Below are positions 1 through 9,423 of a DNA stretch of 64,000 bases, one piece after another. Origin of the DNA: an uncultured Candidatus Rokubacteria bacterium (GTDB taxonomy: Bacteria > Methylomirabilota > Methylomirabilia > Rokubacteriales > CSP1-6). The position numbers and the translations under genes were made by a program. The stretch spans positions 96,001 to 160,000 of the forward strand of contig CAVWFS010000018.1 in NCBI GenBank assembly GCA_963754315.1, read 5' to 3'. Every line of letters starts with the position of its first letter. Position 1 is the stretch's first letter. The notes under the pieces are model-generated. The model was not told the origin of the DNA. It worked only from the letters and a program-made list of their open reading frames with translations, and ran no database searches.

Positions 1-2632
1 CCGGTCTCGTGGAGGAACTCGGCGGCCTGCAGGTGGTCGAGCCCGCGACGGAGCGCCTCGTCCGGCAGCTCAGCGATCGCCCGGAGCAGCGCCAACGGGA
101 CGTCGACGCCGACGATAGAGGCGACCTCGAGGAGGCGTTTGTCCTCCGGCGGAAGACGATCAATGCGCGCCGCCAGCATCACCTGGACCGTGGCCGGGAC
201 CTGGACGGGATGCAGGGGTTGCGTCAGCCGATACCGGCCGCGCTCTCCAGCCAGCGCCTTCGTTTCGACCAGCGTCCGCACGGTTTCCTCGAGGAAGAAC
301 GGGTTCCCGCGATCGACCAGGACCCGCTTGAGCGGTTCCAGCGCGGGATCGTCCCCCAGGAGCGCGTTCAGCATATCCTCGGCGCTCTCGGGCGGCAGTG
401 TGTCCAGTCTGATTTGGTTATAGGACGCCTTGCTGCCCCAGGCGTGCTCGTACTCCGGGCGATAGTTCACGAGCAGGAGCAGGCGCGCCGATCCGAGGCT
501 CTCGACCAGGCTATCGAGCAGCGCCTGTGTCTCGACGTCGATCCAGTGCAGATCCTCGAACACGAGAACCAGCGGCTGCACCTGGCTCTCCCGCAGCACG
601 AGGCGCTTGAGGGCGTCGAGGGTGCGCCGCCGACGGCCGGCAGGGTCGAGCGCCTGCCACGCCCGGTCGTCCACGGGGAGATCGAGCAGTGTCAGGAACG
701 CGGGAAGGGCGGCCTCGAATGCCGGGTCGAGGGCGAGGAGCTTACCGGTGATCTTTTCACGGATGGCGCTCCGGTCGTCGCGCTCGCCGATTCCGCAGTA
801 GGCCTTCAGCAGCAGGATCGCGGGGAGATAGGGCGTGGTCTTGCCGTAGGGGACGGCGCCCGCTTCAAGGACGCGCCAGCCGTCGACATACGGCGAGCGG
901 GTGAACTCCCAGAGGAGGCGTGACTTGCCCACCCCAGGGTCCCCCACGACAGCCACGAACTGGCCGTGGCCACGTCCCGCCGCGGTCAAGCGGTCCCGTA
1001 AGATCTCGATCTCGTCGCGACGGCCCACGAACTGGGTCATCGCCCCCCACAGCCCCAGGCCTCTGCGTTCTTGCCCGGTGAGGCGATAGGGCTGGCCCGC
1101 GCGCCCGTCTCCGACGTCGATCGGGATGAGCTCGAATCGGCGTTCCAGGAAAGGCGCAGCCTCCGCGCTCACGACCGTCTCGTCCGTCCTCGATGGTCTG
1201 CAGGAGCTGGCCGAGGACCGACCACTGCGCGCGCTTCGCCTCCGCGTCGATGTCAACCCTGGCTCTCCGACCGTCCGATAAGCATGTGCGCCACGTGGAT
1301 GCCGATCTTGACCCCCGGCGCCCGGCTCGTACGCTCACCCGCGCGGGCGGCACCTTTGTGGATGGTGAGCGCGGCATGGACGGCGCGCCGCGGCGCATCG
1401 TCGAGCGGATCGACTCCGAACGAGGCCAGGAGGCCGTTCGGCGTCAGCTCTTCGATCCGTCCGCCGAACGTCTGCAGCTTGTCGATCACGATATCAAGGG
1501 CACGGCTCGTGAGCGACCAGGCGTCGACGCCTTCCGGTTCGACGAGGGTCGCACGGAGCAGCGTGATTCCTCGCTGCTCCCAGTGCGTGCGCGTGCCTGT
1601 CGGCGCCGGTGTCGACGCGACATTCGGCCGGCTGGGTCGACGGAGAGCAGGCTGAGGAAGGCGCTGGCCGCGCACCCCAAACTTCTCCAGACGGGCATAC
1701 AGCGTGTTGCGGGCGATGCCCAGCCGGGCGGCCGCGTGCGAGATGTTCCCCTCGCTCTGCTCGAGCACAGCCAGGAGGTGCTGACGCATCGCCTCCTCTG
1801 GCGTGACGGCCGGGGTGCTCACTCTCGTCGCGGGGGCCGCCGGCGGTGATTCCGCCTCCGGCAGAGGGTCGAGCATCGCGCCGGTGATCACGGAAGACTC
1901 GGCGAACAGCGCCGCTCGTTCGATCACGTTGGCAAGCTCGCGGATATTCCCGGGCCAGGCATACGCGAGCAGGCGCGCCTGGGCTTGCGCGTCGAGCCGC
2001 TTCGGCGGCAGACCATAGTCAACGCAGGCACGGGCGAGGAATCGCTCGGCGAGGAGAAGCACATCGCGTTCCCTGTCCCGGAGCGCGGGAAGGTCGAGCG
2101 TGATCACCGCCAGCCGGTGGTAGAGGTCTTCCCGGAAGTGCCGATCTCGGCGAGCCGCCTGGAGATCGACGTTGGTGGCGCTGATGAAGCAGGCGTCGAC
2201 CGACTCGGGCCGCGTGCTGCCGAGGCGCCGGACCGACCTCTCCTCGATGGCGGTGAGGAGCTTGGCCTGGATGGATTCGGGCAGGAGGCCGACCTCGTCC
2301 AGAAAAAGCGTGCCCCCGTGCGCAGCCTGAAACAGGCCAGGCTTGGCCCGGTGGGCGTCCGTAAACGCTCCCCGCTCGAAGCCGAACAGCTCGGCTTCCA
2401 GCAGCGTCTCCGGGATCGCCGGGCAGTTGATATCCACAAAGGGACCGCCCTTCCGAGGCCCCATGCGATGGACCAGCCGCGCGACGAGCCCCTTCCCGGT
2501 GCCGGTCTCGCCCCGGATGAGCGTCGCCGGAAGGCGCCGGCCAGCCGGCTGGCGCTCCACCAGCTGGCGCAGTTTCTCGCGGACGATGTTGATGGCCGGA
2601 CTCTCACCGAGCAATTGAGCCAGCTCGTCCAT
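1..2632 (-). CDS. Sigma54 enhancer-binding protein (AAA+ and Fis HTH) fused to a degenerate class III cyclase-like domain and a STAND/AAA_16 ATPase; two +1 frameshifts (~1260, ~1190); runs off the window
   Basis: ORF 1253..2632 has GETGTGK, GAFTDA, LFLDEV, WPGNIREL and AAARLGIARNTLY. Removing one base at ~1260 and one at ~1190 continues the frame through FVGRRDE, GDPGVGKSRL, LVFEDLHWID and GNPFFLEE to base 1. Confidence 0.85.
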
Positions 2633-2660
2633 GCGGCTCCTAACCTACTCGTTTGCGCAG

Positions 2661-2706
2661 GTCACTGCTCAGATTTCGGAACAGTCTGAGCACTCTGAAC
2701 AGTGAC
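2661..2706. promoter_or_regulatory. Putative upstream activator sequence (dyad plus 9-bp-period repeats)
   Basis: GTCACTGCTCAGA ... TCTGAACAGTGAC is a 12/13 inverted match. TCGGAACA, TCTGAGCA and TCTGAACA repeat every 9 bp. The site lies about 105-150 bp upstream of the -24 element. Confidence 0.6.
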
Positions 2707-2810
2707 GAGCGTGGTGGCTTTCCGCGGAGAATGCTGCGCCGCGGCCGTTCGCGACCAGTAAGTCCGCGCAATACCTGGACGTGCCGTATCAGGTCGCGCC
2801 AGCCCGCGGC

Positions 2811-2826
2811 TGGCACGCCGTTCGCT
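2811..2826 (+). promoter_or_regulatory. Sigma54 -24/-12 promoter
   Basis: TGGCACGCCGTTCGCT has exact GG-N10-GC spacing and is divergent from a sigma54 activator gene. Confidence 0.75.
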
Positions 2827-2978
2827 CTTACGGGGAGGCCATGACGAGTCGAGGATCGGCCCTAGCGGTATCGGAATCCACTCGGCAACGTTATGCCTTG
2901 GAGGAGGGGGCATGGACTGACGGAGGAGCCGCAATGAATCGTTTTGAACCCATCACGCCGATCGGAGGGAGGAACGAG

Positions 2979-3417
2979 ATGCGTTCAGTCAGAAGTCTCC
3001 TTGTCGTCGACCGGCACCATGCTTGCCCTCGCCGCCGTCCCATCGGGTGCGGCGGCCACCGACCCCCAACCCTTAGTTATCAACAAGGAATGCAGTGAAT
3101 TCACCGGCCGCGTGCCTAGCTTCTGCACCATTCGTGAGCTCGACGCTCTCGGCGATCCCGGGAGGGACCAAGGTCTACTACTTCGGCCCAGAGATCGACG
3201 ATCCCGACTACACGAGCAGCGTGGTCGTCATCAAGGCAGGGCACGGCAGCAGAGCAACTGGCTATTGCAGCCTCCTTGGTGACCGGTCTCGGAACGTGCT
3301 CATTCTGGGAAGGGACCGGGACGTTAGCCGGGTTCCATGCCGCCGTGCAGGTCACCGCATCTCGGTGGACCTGACTTCACTTGGACCGGGACGTACCGCT
3401 TGGACCGCCGCCACTGA
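2979..3417 (+). CDS. Small secreted beta-rich protein, about 144 aa with 4 Cys; four +1 frameshifts
   Basis: SD GGAGG before the ATG. Removing four single bases gives MRSVRSLLVSTGTMLALAAVPSGAAATDPQPLVINKECSEF...CTI...YCSL...GTCSFWEGTGTLAGFHAAVQV...FTWTGTYRLDRRH. Confidence 0.6.
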
Positions 3418-3626
3418 GCTGAGATCGAAAGCCACCACCGGCCGCGGACCGCCCGTGGCCCCACGCCTCAATCGCCGTCATGGGCGAGATCGCGGGGGGC
3501 GCGCACCTCTGCCCTGGAGGGCGTGATCTCCGGCTCCCTCGCACCCGCGGGTGGTGCTCCTCTGTACACCGCCGTCATCGAGGCGGGCCTTCGTCATGCG
3601 CTCGATCCGTCTGGGGGGCCGCCGGC

Positions 3627-3760
3627 TGAGGGGCCGGGTTTCGTGGATACTGCAGATCACACGAAAGTGCGGCTGGAGTGTTCTATGGCCAAGCGCAAGC
3701 GGCGAGCGTTCACGAGCGAGTTCAAGGCTGAAGCCATCGCCTGGTCGGGATCGGTGACGG
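3627..3760 (+). mobile_element. IS3-family remnant (left end and start of OrfA)
   Basis: TGAGGGGCCGGGTTTCGTGGATAC resembles an IS3 left IR. ATG 3685 gives MAKRKRRAFTSEFKAEAI, typical of the HTH_Tnp_1 N-terminus, after which similarity ends. Confidence 0.6.
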
Positions 3761-3815
3761 CCGGCAGCGGCGCGTACTCGACCGCCATCCGAACCAGCGG
3801 GCCGGCGTCCGGGCC

Positions 3816-4262
3816 TCAGCGCTCCTTCAGGCTCTCCGGGGACAGACGAAACGGGTTGACGACCCGGACCGTGCCCAGCATCAGATCGCTCTGGAGATCC
3901 TCGGTGAGGAGATACGTGCAACCGGCGACCTGCGCGGCCGCGGCAATCAACGAGTCCCACCACGAGAGACGATGGCGATCCTGGACGCTCCACGCGGCTT
4001 CGAGGACGCGGGTGTCGACGGTGACCGGCCGCCACGAGAGGAACGAGCGCACGTCCCGCCGCGCACTCTCACGGTCGAGCCCTGGGTCGAGCTTCTCCGT
4101 GACGGTGACGTAGAACTCCTGGAGAACCTGGTAGCTGAGCCGACCCCGTCGGGTTGTCCACAGGTGAGACATCCAGGTCCTGGCCTTCTGGTGCTTCTCG
4201 CCTTCGGAAACGTCACGACTGTAGACCAGGACGTTGGTGTCGACGAAGATCTCACCGGCCAT
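3816..4262 (-). CDS. vapC: PIN-domain toxin (VapC family)
   Basis: MAGEIFVDTNVLVY...QVLQEFY...SWWDSLIAAAA...LLTEDL, with the PIN acidic residues present. Confidence 0.9.
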   Translation of the reverse strand: MAGEIFVDTNVLVYSRDVSEGEKHQKARTWMSHLWTTRRGRLSYQVLQEFYVTVTEKLDPGLDRESARRDVRSFLSWRPVTVDTRVLEAAWSVQDRHRLSWWDSLIAAAAQVAGCTYLLTEDLQSDLMLGTVRVVNPFRLSPESLKER

Positions 4263-4487
4263 AGAGATCGGCGCGCCGCGGGTACTTGGTCCCGTCCTCT
4301 TGAGCTTTCGCGCGGGCCGCGCCAGGTACTCGCGCATCGCCGCTTCGTAGCTCTGGTCCTCGAGCATCTTCTCGCGCAGCAGCTCGCCGACCAGGCGGGA
4401 GACGCTGGTGTCGCGCTCGGCCGCCCGGATCCTCGCCCAGCGGGCCACATCCTCGTCGAGAGTGATGGTCACGTTCTTGAGGCCCAC
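4252..4487 (-). CDS. vapB: RHH/CopG-type antitoxin; an indel near 4290 fuses it in frame to the toxin
   Basis: VGLKNVTITLDEDVARWARIRAAERDTSVSRLVGELL. The shifted frame ends TKYPRRADLYGR-stop, overlapping the toxin ATG. Confidence 0.8.
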
Positions 4488-4514
4488 GATATCAGTGTAA
4501 CACGAGAATCGTGT
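4485..4514 (-). promoter_or_regulatory. TA promoter/operator, probably leaderless
   Basis: Palindrome ACACGA-GAA-TCGTGT at 4500-4514. A -10-like TACACT (4499-4494) sits 6 nt before the GTG start. Confidence 0.55.
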
Positions 4515-4725
4515 CCGGCCGGGCCTGGGTGGGGATGCCGTTCGCCCAGACGGGACCACACGGCTGGTTTCGGGGGCACTGCGGATCGCGAAGAATCGGA
4601 CGCCGGCCTGCGTCCGATGAGAACGCGAGGGACATGAAGCCGCTCGATCATTTCAGGCCGAGTCTGGACACGCCCGGCCGGGCACCCTATCATCGGCACT
4701 CCAGTCGTGCGAGCAGGAGGACATC

Positions 4726-6351
4726 ATGTCCTGGACCCGCCGTGACGTGCTCGCTCTCGGGAGCCTGGCCCTCGCCGGCGCCACCCTGGCGCCTTCCCGC
4801 ACCGCGGCGCAGGCTCCGAAGCGCGGCGGTACCCTCACCATCCGCGGGTGGGACCCGCCGCTCTTCGACCCGATGCTCACGACCGCCTATCGGGTGCAGA
4901 TTCCTCTGAGCTTCACGCACAGTCGACTCGTCAAGCACAAGGCGGGACCGTCCGTCGCGCCGGGGACGTTTCCCATCGAGGGCGACCTCGCGGAATCGTG
5001 GACGCAGCCGAACGAGACGACGTACGTCTTCAAGCTGCGCCGGGGCGTGCGCTGGCATCCGAAACCACCGGTGAACGGGCGCGAGCTGACGTCGGCCGAC
5101 GTGAAGTACACGCTCGAGCGCTTCCTGACCGTCAAGGGCAACCCGAGCGCCTACATGCTGCGGGCCATCGACCGCGTGGAGACGCCGGACGCCTACACGG
5201 TGCGGATCGTGTTGAAGGAGGTGAATGCGTGGTTCCTTGAGATGCTCGCCAACCCGATGACGGTGGCCGTGGTGGCCCGGGAGGCGGTCGAGAAGTTCGG
5301 TGACCTCAAGAAGGCCGAGTCCGTCATTGGCACGGGACCCTGGATGCTGGACGGCTACCGGCCGAACGCAGGGCTCACCTTCGTGCGCCACCCGCAGTAC
5401 TTCCAGGCCGGTTTGCCCTACATCGACCGCGTCGAGATGATCGTCGACGAGGACAACGCCTCCCGGATGTCCGCGTTCCTGGCCGGCAAGTACGACCTCG
5501 GGTGGGATCTCCCAGGTGCCATCGGCCGCACCGACTGGGTGCAGATCAAGGAAACACTGAAGCAGCGGCGGCCGGGCCTGCGCTCGACGGAGTTCGTGTC
5601 GAACGTGGAGACCCACATCTCGATGCGTACCGACCAGAAGCCTTTCAGCGACCCCCGCGTGCGCCAGGCCATCTCCCTGGCCATCGACCGTCAGGGCGTC
5701 CTCGACGCCACCGCGGAAGGCGTGGGCATCTTCAATCCCGCCATTCCCGCCGCCTTCAAGGAATGGTCGCTGCCCATCGACCAGCTTGGCGAGGGCGCCC
5801 GCTACTTCAAGCACGATCCCGCCGAGGCCAAGCGTCTCCTCGCCGCCGCCGGCTATCCGAACGGCTTTCCGGGGAGTCTCTGCTTCACCACATACGGCTC
5901 CACGGTGTTCGTCGACACTGCCCAGCTCATTCTCAAGTATCTCAAGGACGTCGGCATCGAGACGAAGCTCGATCAGAAGGAGTATGGCGCCTTCATCGCC
6001 ACCTGCTACTTCGGCAAGTTCGACTCCATGACCTACGGGCCTCAGACACCATTCGTCGATCCCGAGAACTACATCTACGGCATGCACTACCCGGACGAGC
6101 TGAAGAACCAGAGCCACGTGAACGACCCCGTGGTAACCGACTTGCTCGTCCGCCAGCGCCGCACCGCCGATCCTGTCCGCCGCCGCGACGTCCTGGGCGA
6201 GCTGCAGCGACATCTCGCCCGCCAGCAGTACTACGTGCAGCTCGCCTCGCCCGTGACTATCGCGGTGTGGGACGGGGCGCTCAAGAACTACGGGCCGAAT
6301 CTCGGCTACGACTACGGCGGTCGGCTCGTGGCGTCGTGGCTCGATCGGTAG
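4726..6351 (+). CDS. ABC transporter substrate-binding protein, family 5, with Tat signal
   Basis: TRRDVL Tat motif, GDLAESW, LRRGVRWH, IGTGPW, PFSDPRVRQAISLAIDR. Confidence 0.92.
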   Translation: MSWTRRDVLALGSLALAGATLAPSRTAAQAPKRGGTLTIRGWDPPLFDPMLTTAYRVQIPLSFTHSRLVKHKAGPSVAPGTFPIEGDLAESWTQPNETTYVFKLRRGVRWHPKPPVNGRELTSADVKYTLERFLTVKGNPSAYMLRAIDRVETPDAYTVRIVLKEVNAWFLEMLANPMTVAVVAREAVEKFGDLKKAESVIGTGPWMLDGYRPNAGLTFVRHPQYFQAGLPYIDRVEMIVDEDNASRMSAFLAGKYDLGWDLPGAIGRTDWVQIKETLKQRRPGLRSTEFVSNVETHISMRTDQKPFSDPRVRQAISLAIDRQGVLDATAEGVGIFNPAIPAAFKEWSLPIDQLGEGARYFKHDPAEAKRLLAAAGYPNGFPGSLCFTTYGSTVFVDTAQLILKYLKDVGIETKLDQKEYGAFIATCYFGKFDSMTYGPQTPFVDPENYIYGMHYPDELKNQSHVNDPVVTDLLVRQRRTADPVRRRDVLGELQRHLARQQYYVQLASPVTIAVWDGALKNYGPNLGYDYGGRLVASWLDR

Positions 6352-6456
6352 GCTGACGGCCGCGGTGGAGGATGGTTGGCGGAGGCCCGACGACGCGTGT
6401 GACCCGTGGAGGCCATCAGCCGGCGAATAGACGGATCTCGCGATGGCTCCTCCGCG

Positions 6457-7606
6457 TCAGCGGCGCGGCTTGTTTGGGTTGATCAGATATTTTTCGCCGG
6501 TCGCTTGCTTGCTGTAGACGGCGATCTCGTCGAGTGCGAGGGCGCCGGCGAGGGAGACTTCCTTTGTATACGTGCTCGCGAACGTGGTCTTGATCTCGGC
6601 GGCGACCCGCTCGCGCAGCTTCTGCGCAGCCTCGAAGCCGATCTTCTGCAAGAACGGGGTGAGGAGCCAGCCGCCGATGCCCCACGCCATGCCGAAAGTG
6701 CGCTGGAACTGGGTCGGCCCCCGGTCGAGGCCCCCGTAGATGTAAACCTGCTTATGCGTGGTGGACCCATAGCGGCTGTATTCCTTGGCCGTCCTGGTCG
6801 CCGCTGTTTCCATTGCCGTGAGGATCTGCCCCGCCAAGGTTCCGCCCCCGATGGCGTCGAAGGCCACCGTGGCCCCGGTGGCGACCAGCGCTTCGGTGAG
6901 GTCGTCCATGAAGGTGGGCGAGCTCGAGTTGCACACGTGAGTGGCGCCTACCTGTTTCAGGACGTCCACGTGCTCACGCTTGCGCACGATGTTGACCAGG
7001 CCCACGTTGTCCTTGAGGCAGATCTTGACGAGCATCTGGCCCGAGATTCGAGGCGGCGGCCGTGTGCACGAGCGCCTTGTGACCTTCCGTGCGCATGGTG
7101 GCGACCATGCCTAGCGCGGTGAGGGGATTGACGAAGCAGGAGGCGCCCTCGGCCGGCGTGGTCCCCGGCGGCAAGACCAGGCATTGCACGGCCTTGATGC
7201 AGCGGTACTGCGTGTACATGGAGCCACCGAGGATGGCGACCGTCTTGCCCATCAGCGTTTGGGCGGCGGGAGATTCGCCCGCCTGGACGACCACCCCCGC
7301 CGCTTCGTTGCCGACGGGCAGGGACTGGTCCAGGCGGCCGGCGATGGCCTTCAGCGCCGCCGGCGGAATGGTCGCCGTCACCACGGGCTGGTCGGCCGTG
7401 CCGGACGCCTTCGCCGTGCTCATGTCCGCCCCAGCGAACAGCAGCCCCTGGTCGGAGGGATTGATGGGGGAGGCGTCGATGCGCACGATCACCTCCTCCG
7501 GTTTTGGCTCGGGCGTGGGAACGCTGACGAGCGAGAGCTCGAGGGTGCCGTCCTTCTTCGCGGTTGAACGAAGCTGAAGTCCCGGGCCTAGGCTAGCGGG
7601 TGCCAT
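6457..7606 (-). CDS. MDR-family oxidoreductase; +1 frameshift at ~7041
   Basis: ORFs 6974..7606 (ASPINPSD, VGNEAAG, FVNPLTALG) and 6457..7035 join as AAASNLGQML once one base is removed. Confidence 0.85.
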
Positions 7607-7820
7607 GTGTCATCGTCTCCAGGTGTCGCGAATCGTGGTGGACATGGCGTTCACTCTACCAAATCGACCTTCCCGCTGGCAGTGGGGGCTGCGTGCCATG
7701 ATTGGCCGCGGCAGTTGGTCTCGGGCCTCGGAGGTAGGATCATGAAGCCAGGTAATCGCGCGCTGAGATGAAAGGGGGAAGGAGGAAACGGGGCGGCGAG
7801 GTTCGCGCCCCTGGCTACCA

Positions 7821-8733
7821 ATGGAGACATCACTGGCAGGCAAGGTCGCGTTGGTCGCGGGAGCAACGCGAGGAGCGGGACGAGGCATCGCCGTGGAGCT
7901 CGGTGCGGCCGGGCGCGACCGTGTACGTGACCGGCCGGACAACGCGCTTCGAGCGCTCGGAGATGAACCGGCCGGAGACGATCGAGGAGACCGCGGCTCT
8001 CGTGGATGACGCGGGCGGCCGGGGAATCGCGGTCCAGGTTGACCACCTCGTGCCCGATCAGGTGTCCGCGCTGGTGGCTCGCATCGAAGCGGAGCAGGGT
8101 GGCCTGCACGTGCTCGTGAACAACATCTGGGGAGCCACCACGATGGAGTGGAACAAGTCCGTGTGGCAGTCGACGTTGGAGATCGGGTTGCGCACGCTGC
8201 GCCTGGCCGTCGACACCCATGCCATCACCAGCCACTTCGCCATCCCGCTGCTCATCAGCAAGCCGGGTGGCTTGGTGGTCGAGGTCACTGACGGAACGGC
8301 CGAGTACAACCTTACGAACTACCGGGTCTCCTTTTTCTACGACCTGGCCAAAGCGTCGAACCTTCGCATGGCGTTCGCGCTCGCGCACGAGCTGAAGCCC
8401 TACGCCGCGACGGCCGTGTCTCTCACCCCGGGTTGGCTGCGATCAGAGGCGATGCTCGACGCGTACGGCGTGACCGAATCGAACTGGCATGACGCGACCA
8501 GGAAGTCGCCCCACTTCGCCATCTCCGAGAGCCCGTCGTTCGTCGGCCGGGCCGTCGCCGCGCTGGCGCGAGATCCCGATGTGTCGCGCTGGAGCGGACA
8601 GTCGCTGTCCAGCGGGCAGCTGGCGAAGGTCTACGGCTTCACCGATCTCGACGGCAGCCAGCCCGATGCCTGGAGGTATGTCCGTGAGGTGCAAGACGCC
8701 GGCCGACCCGCGGACACGACGGGCTATCGCTGA
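7821..8733 (+). CDS. Short-chain dehydrogenase/reductase; +1 frameshift at ~7912
   Basis: VALVAGATRGAGRGIA joins ATVYVTGR; YDLAK catalytic motif. Confidence 0.88.
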
Positions 8734-8813
8734 CCCAGCAACAACGAGTTGCGTGGGCCTGCGGCGAGCAACGACGGCTGTCCTTCGCGAATCAGGTTCG
8801 GATCGCTGGCCCT

Positions 8814-9257
8814 CTATCTCGACGGTGCCGCGGGCGGGCGGGGTGTTGGCACCACGATGCCAGGCGCGAGCGGAATCTCCTCCACGGCCGTCACGCGTGT
8901 GACGAAATGTCGGGTTTCGCCGAAACAGCTCGTCGGGAGCCCGATCTTTTGCTCGTAGTGAAGGGTAACCCGCCGCCCCATGAGCTTGTTGATCTGCTCG
9001 GCGACGGCGTCGTTCCGCACCGTGAAGAAGAACTTCTCGGTGGTCGCGCCGGGCATCGATACCATCGCCATCTCGCCTTCCCACGTCTTGCAGATCCAGC
9101 CCTTGTGCGAGAACTTCTGCACCCATCCGGCGCGCTCGCCGGAAGAGTAGCTCCACGCCAAGGCGGCCCAGAAATAGACCGCGACCAGGGACACGATCAG
9201 CAGCAGTCCGACCAGGACGCCCAGCGCGCTGACGCCACGGTGATCGGGCATATTCAT
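8814..9257 (-). CDS. Conserved membrane-anchored hypothetical protein
   Basis: One TM helix followed by YSSGERAGWVQKFSHKGWICKTWEGE...SCFGET; SD GGAGGAG. Confidence 0.75.
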   Translation of the reverse strand: MNMPDHRGVSALGVLVGLLLIVSLVAVYFWAALAWSYSSGERAGWVQKFSHKGWICKTWEGEMAMVSMPGATTEKFFFTVRNDAVAEQINKLMGRRVTLHYEQKIGLPTSCFGETRHFVTRVTAVEEIPLAPGIVVPTPRPPAAPSR

Positions 9258-9423
9258 CTCACGCTCCTCCGCCGGACCGCACGAGGCCCGGATGGCGATA
9301 TCGTAGCCTGGACCCGGTGCCTTCGGGCTCCGGCCAGCGCATGCCGGTCGCATTGACACAGTGTGTCGGTCAGCGTACGGTTCTAGGCGGTTCCGCTTCT
9401 CGAGCTTCACGGAGGAGGCGCGG

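Noticed and set aside
9..923. 304-aa plus-strand ORF
   Set aside because: Antisense shadow of the STAND ATPase on the minus strand.
4690..6213. 507-aa minus-strand ORF
   Set aside because: Antisense to the SBP gene, a common high-GC artefact.
8814..9257. Enzyme call for this conserved family
   Set aside because: No Rossmann or other catalytic motif visible; left as hypothetical.
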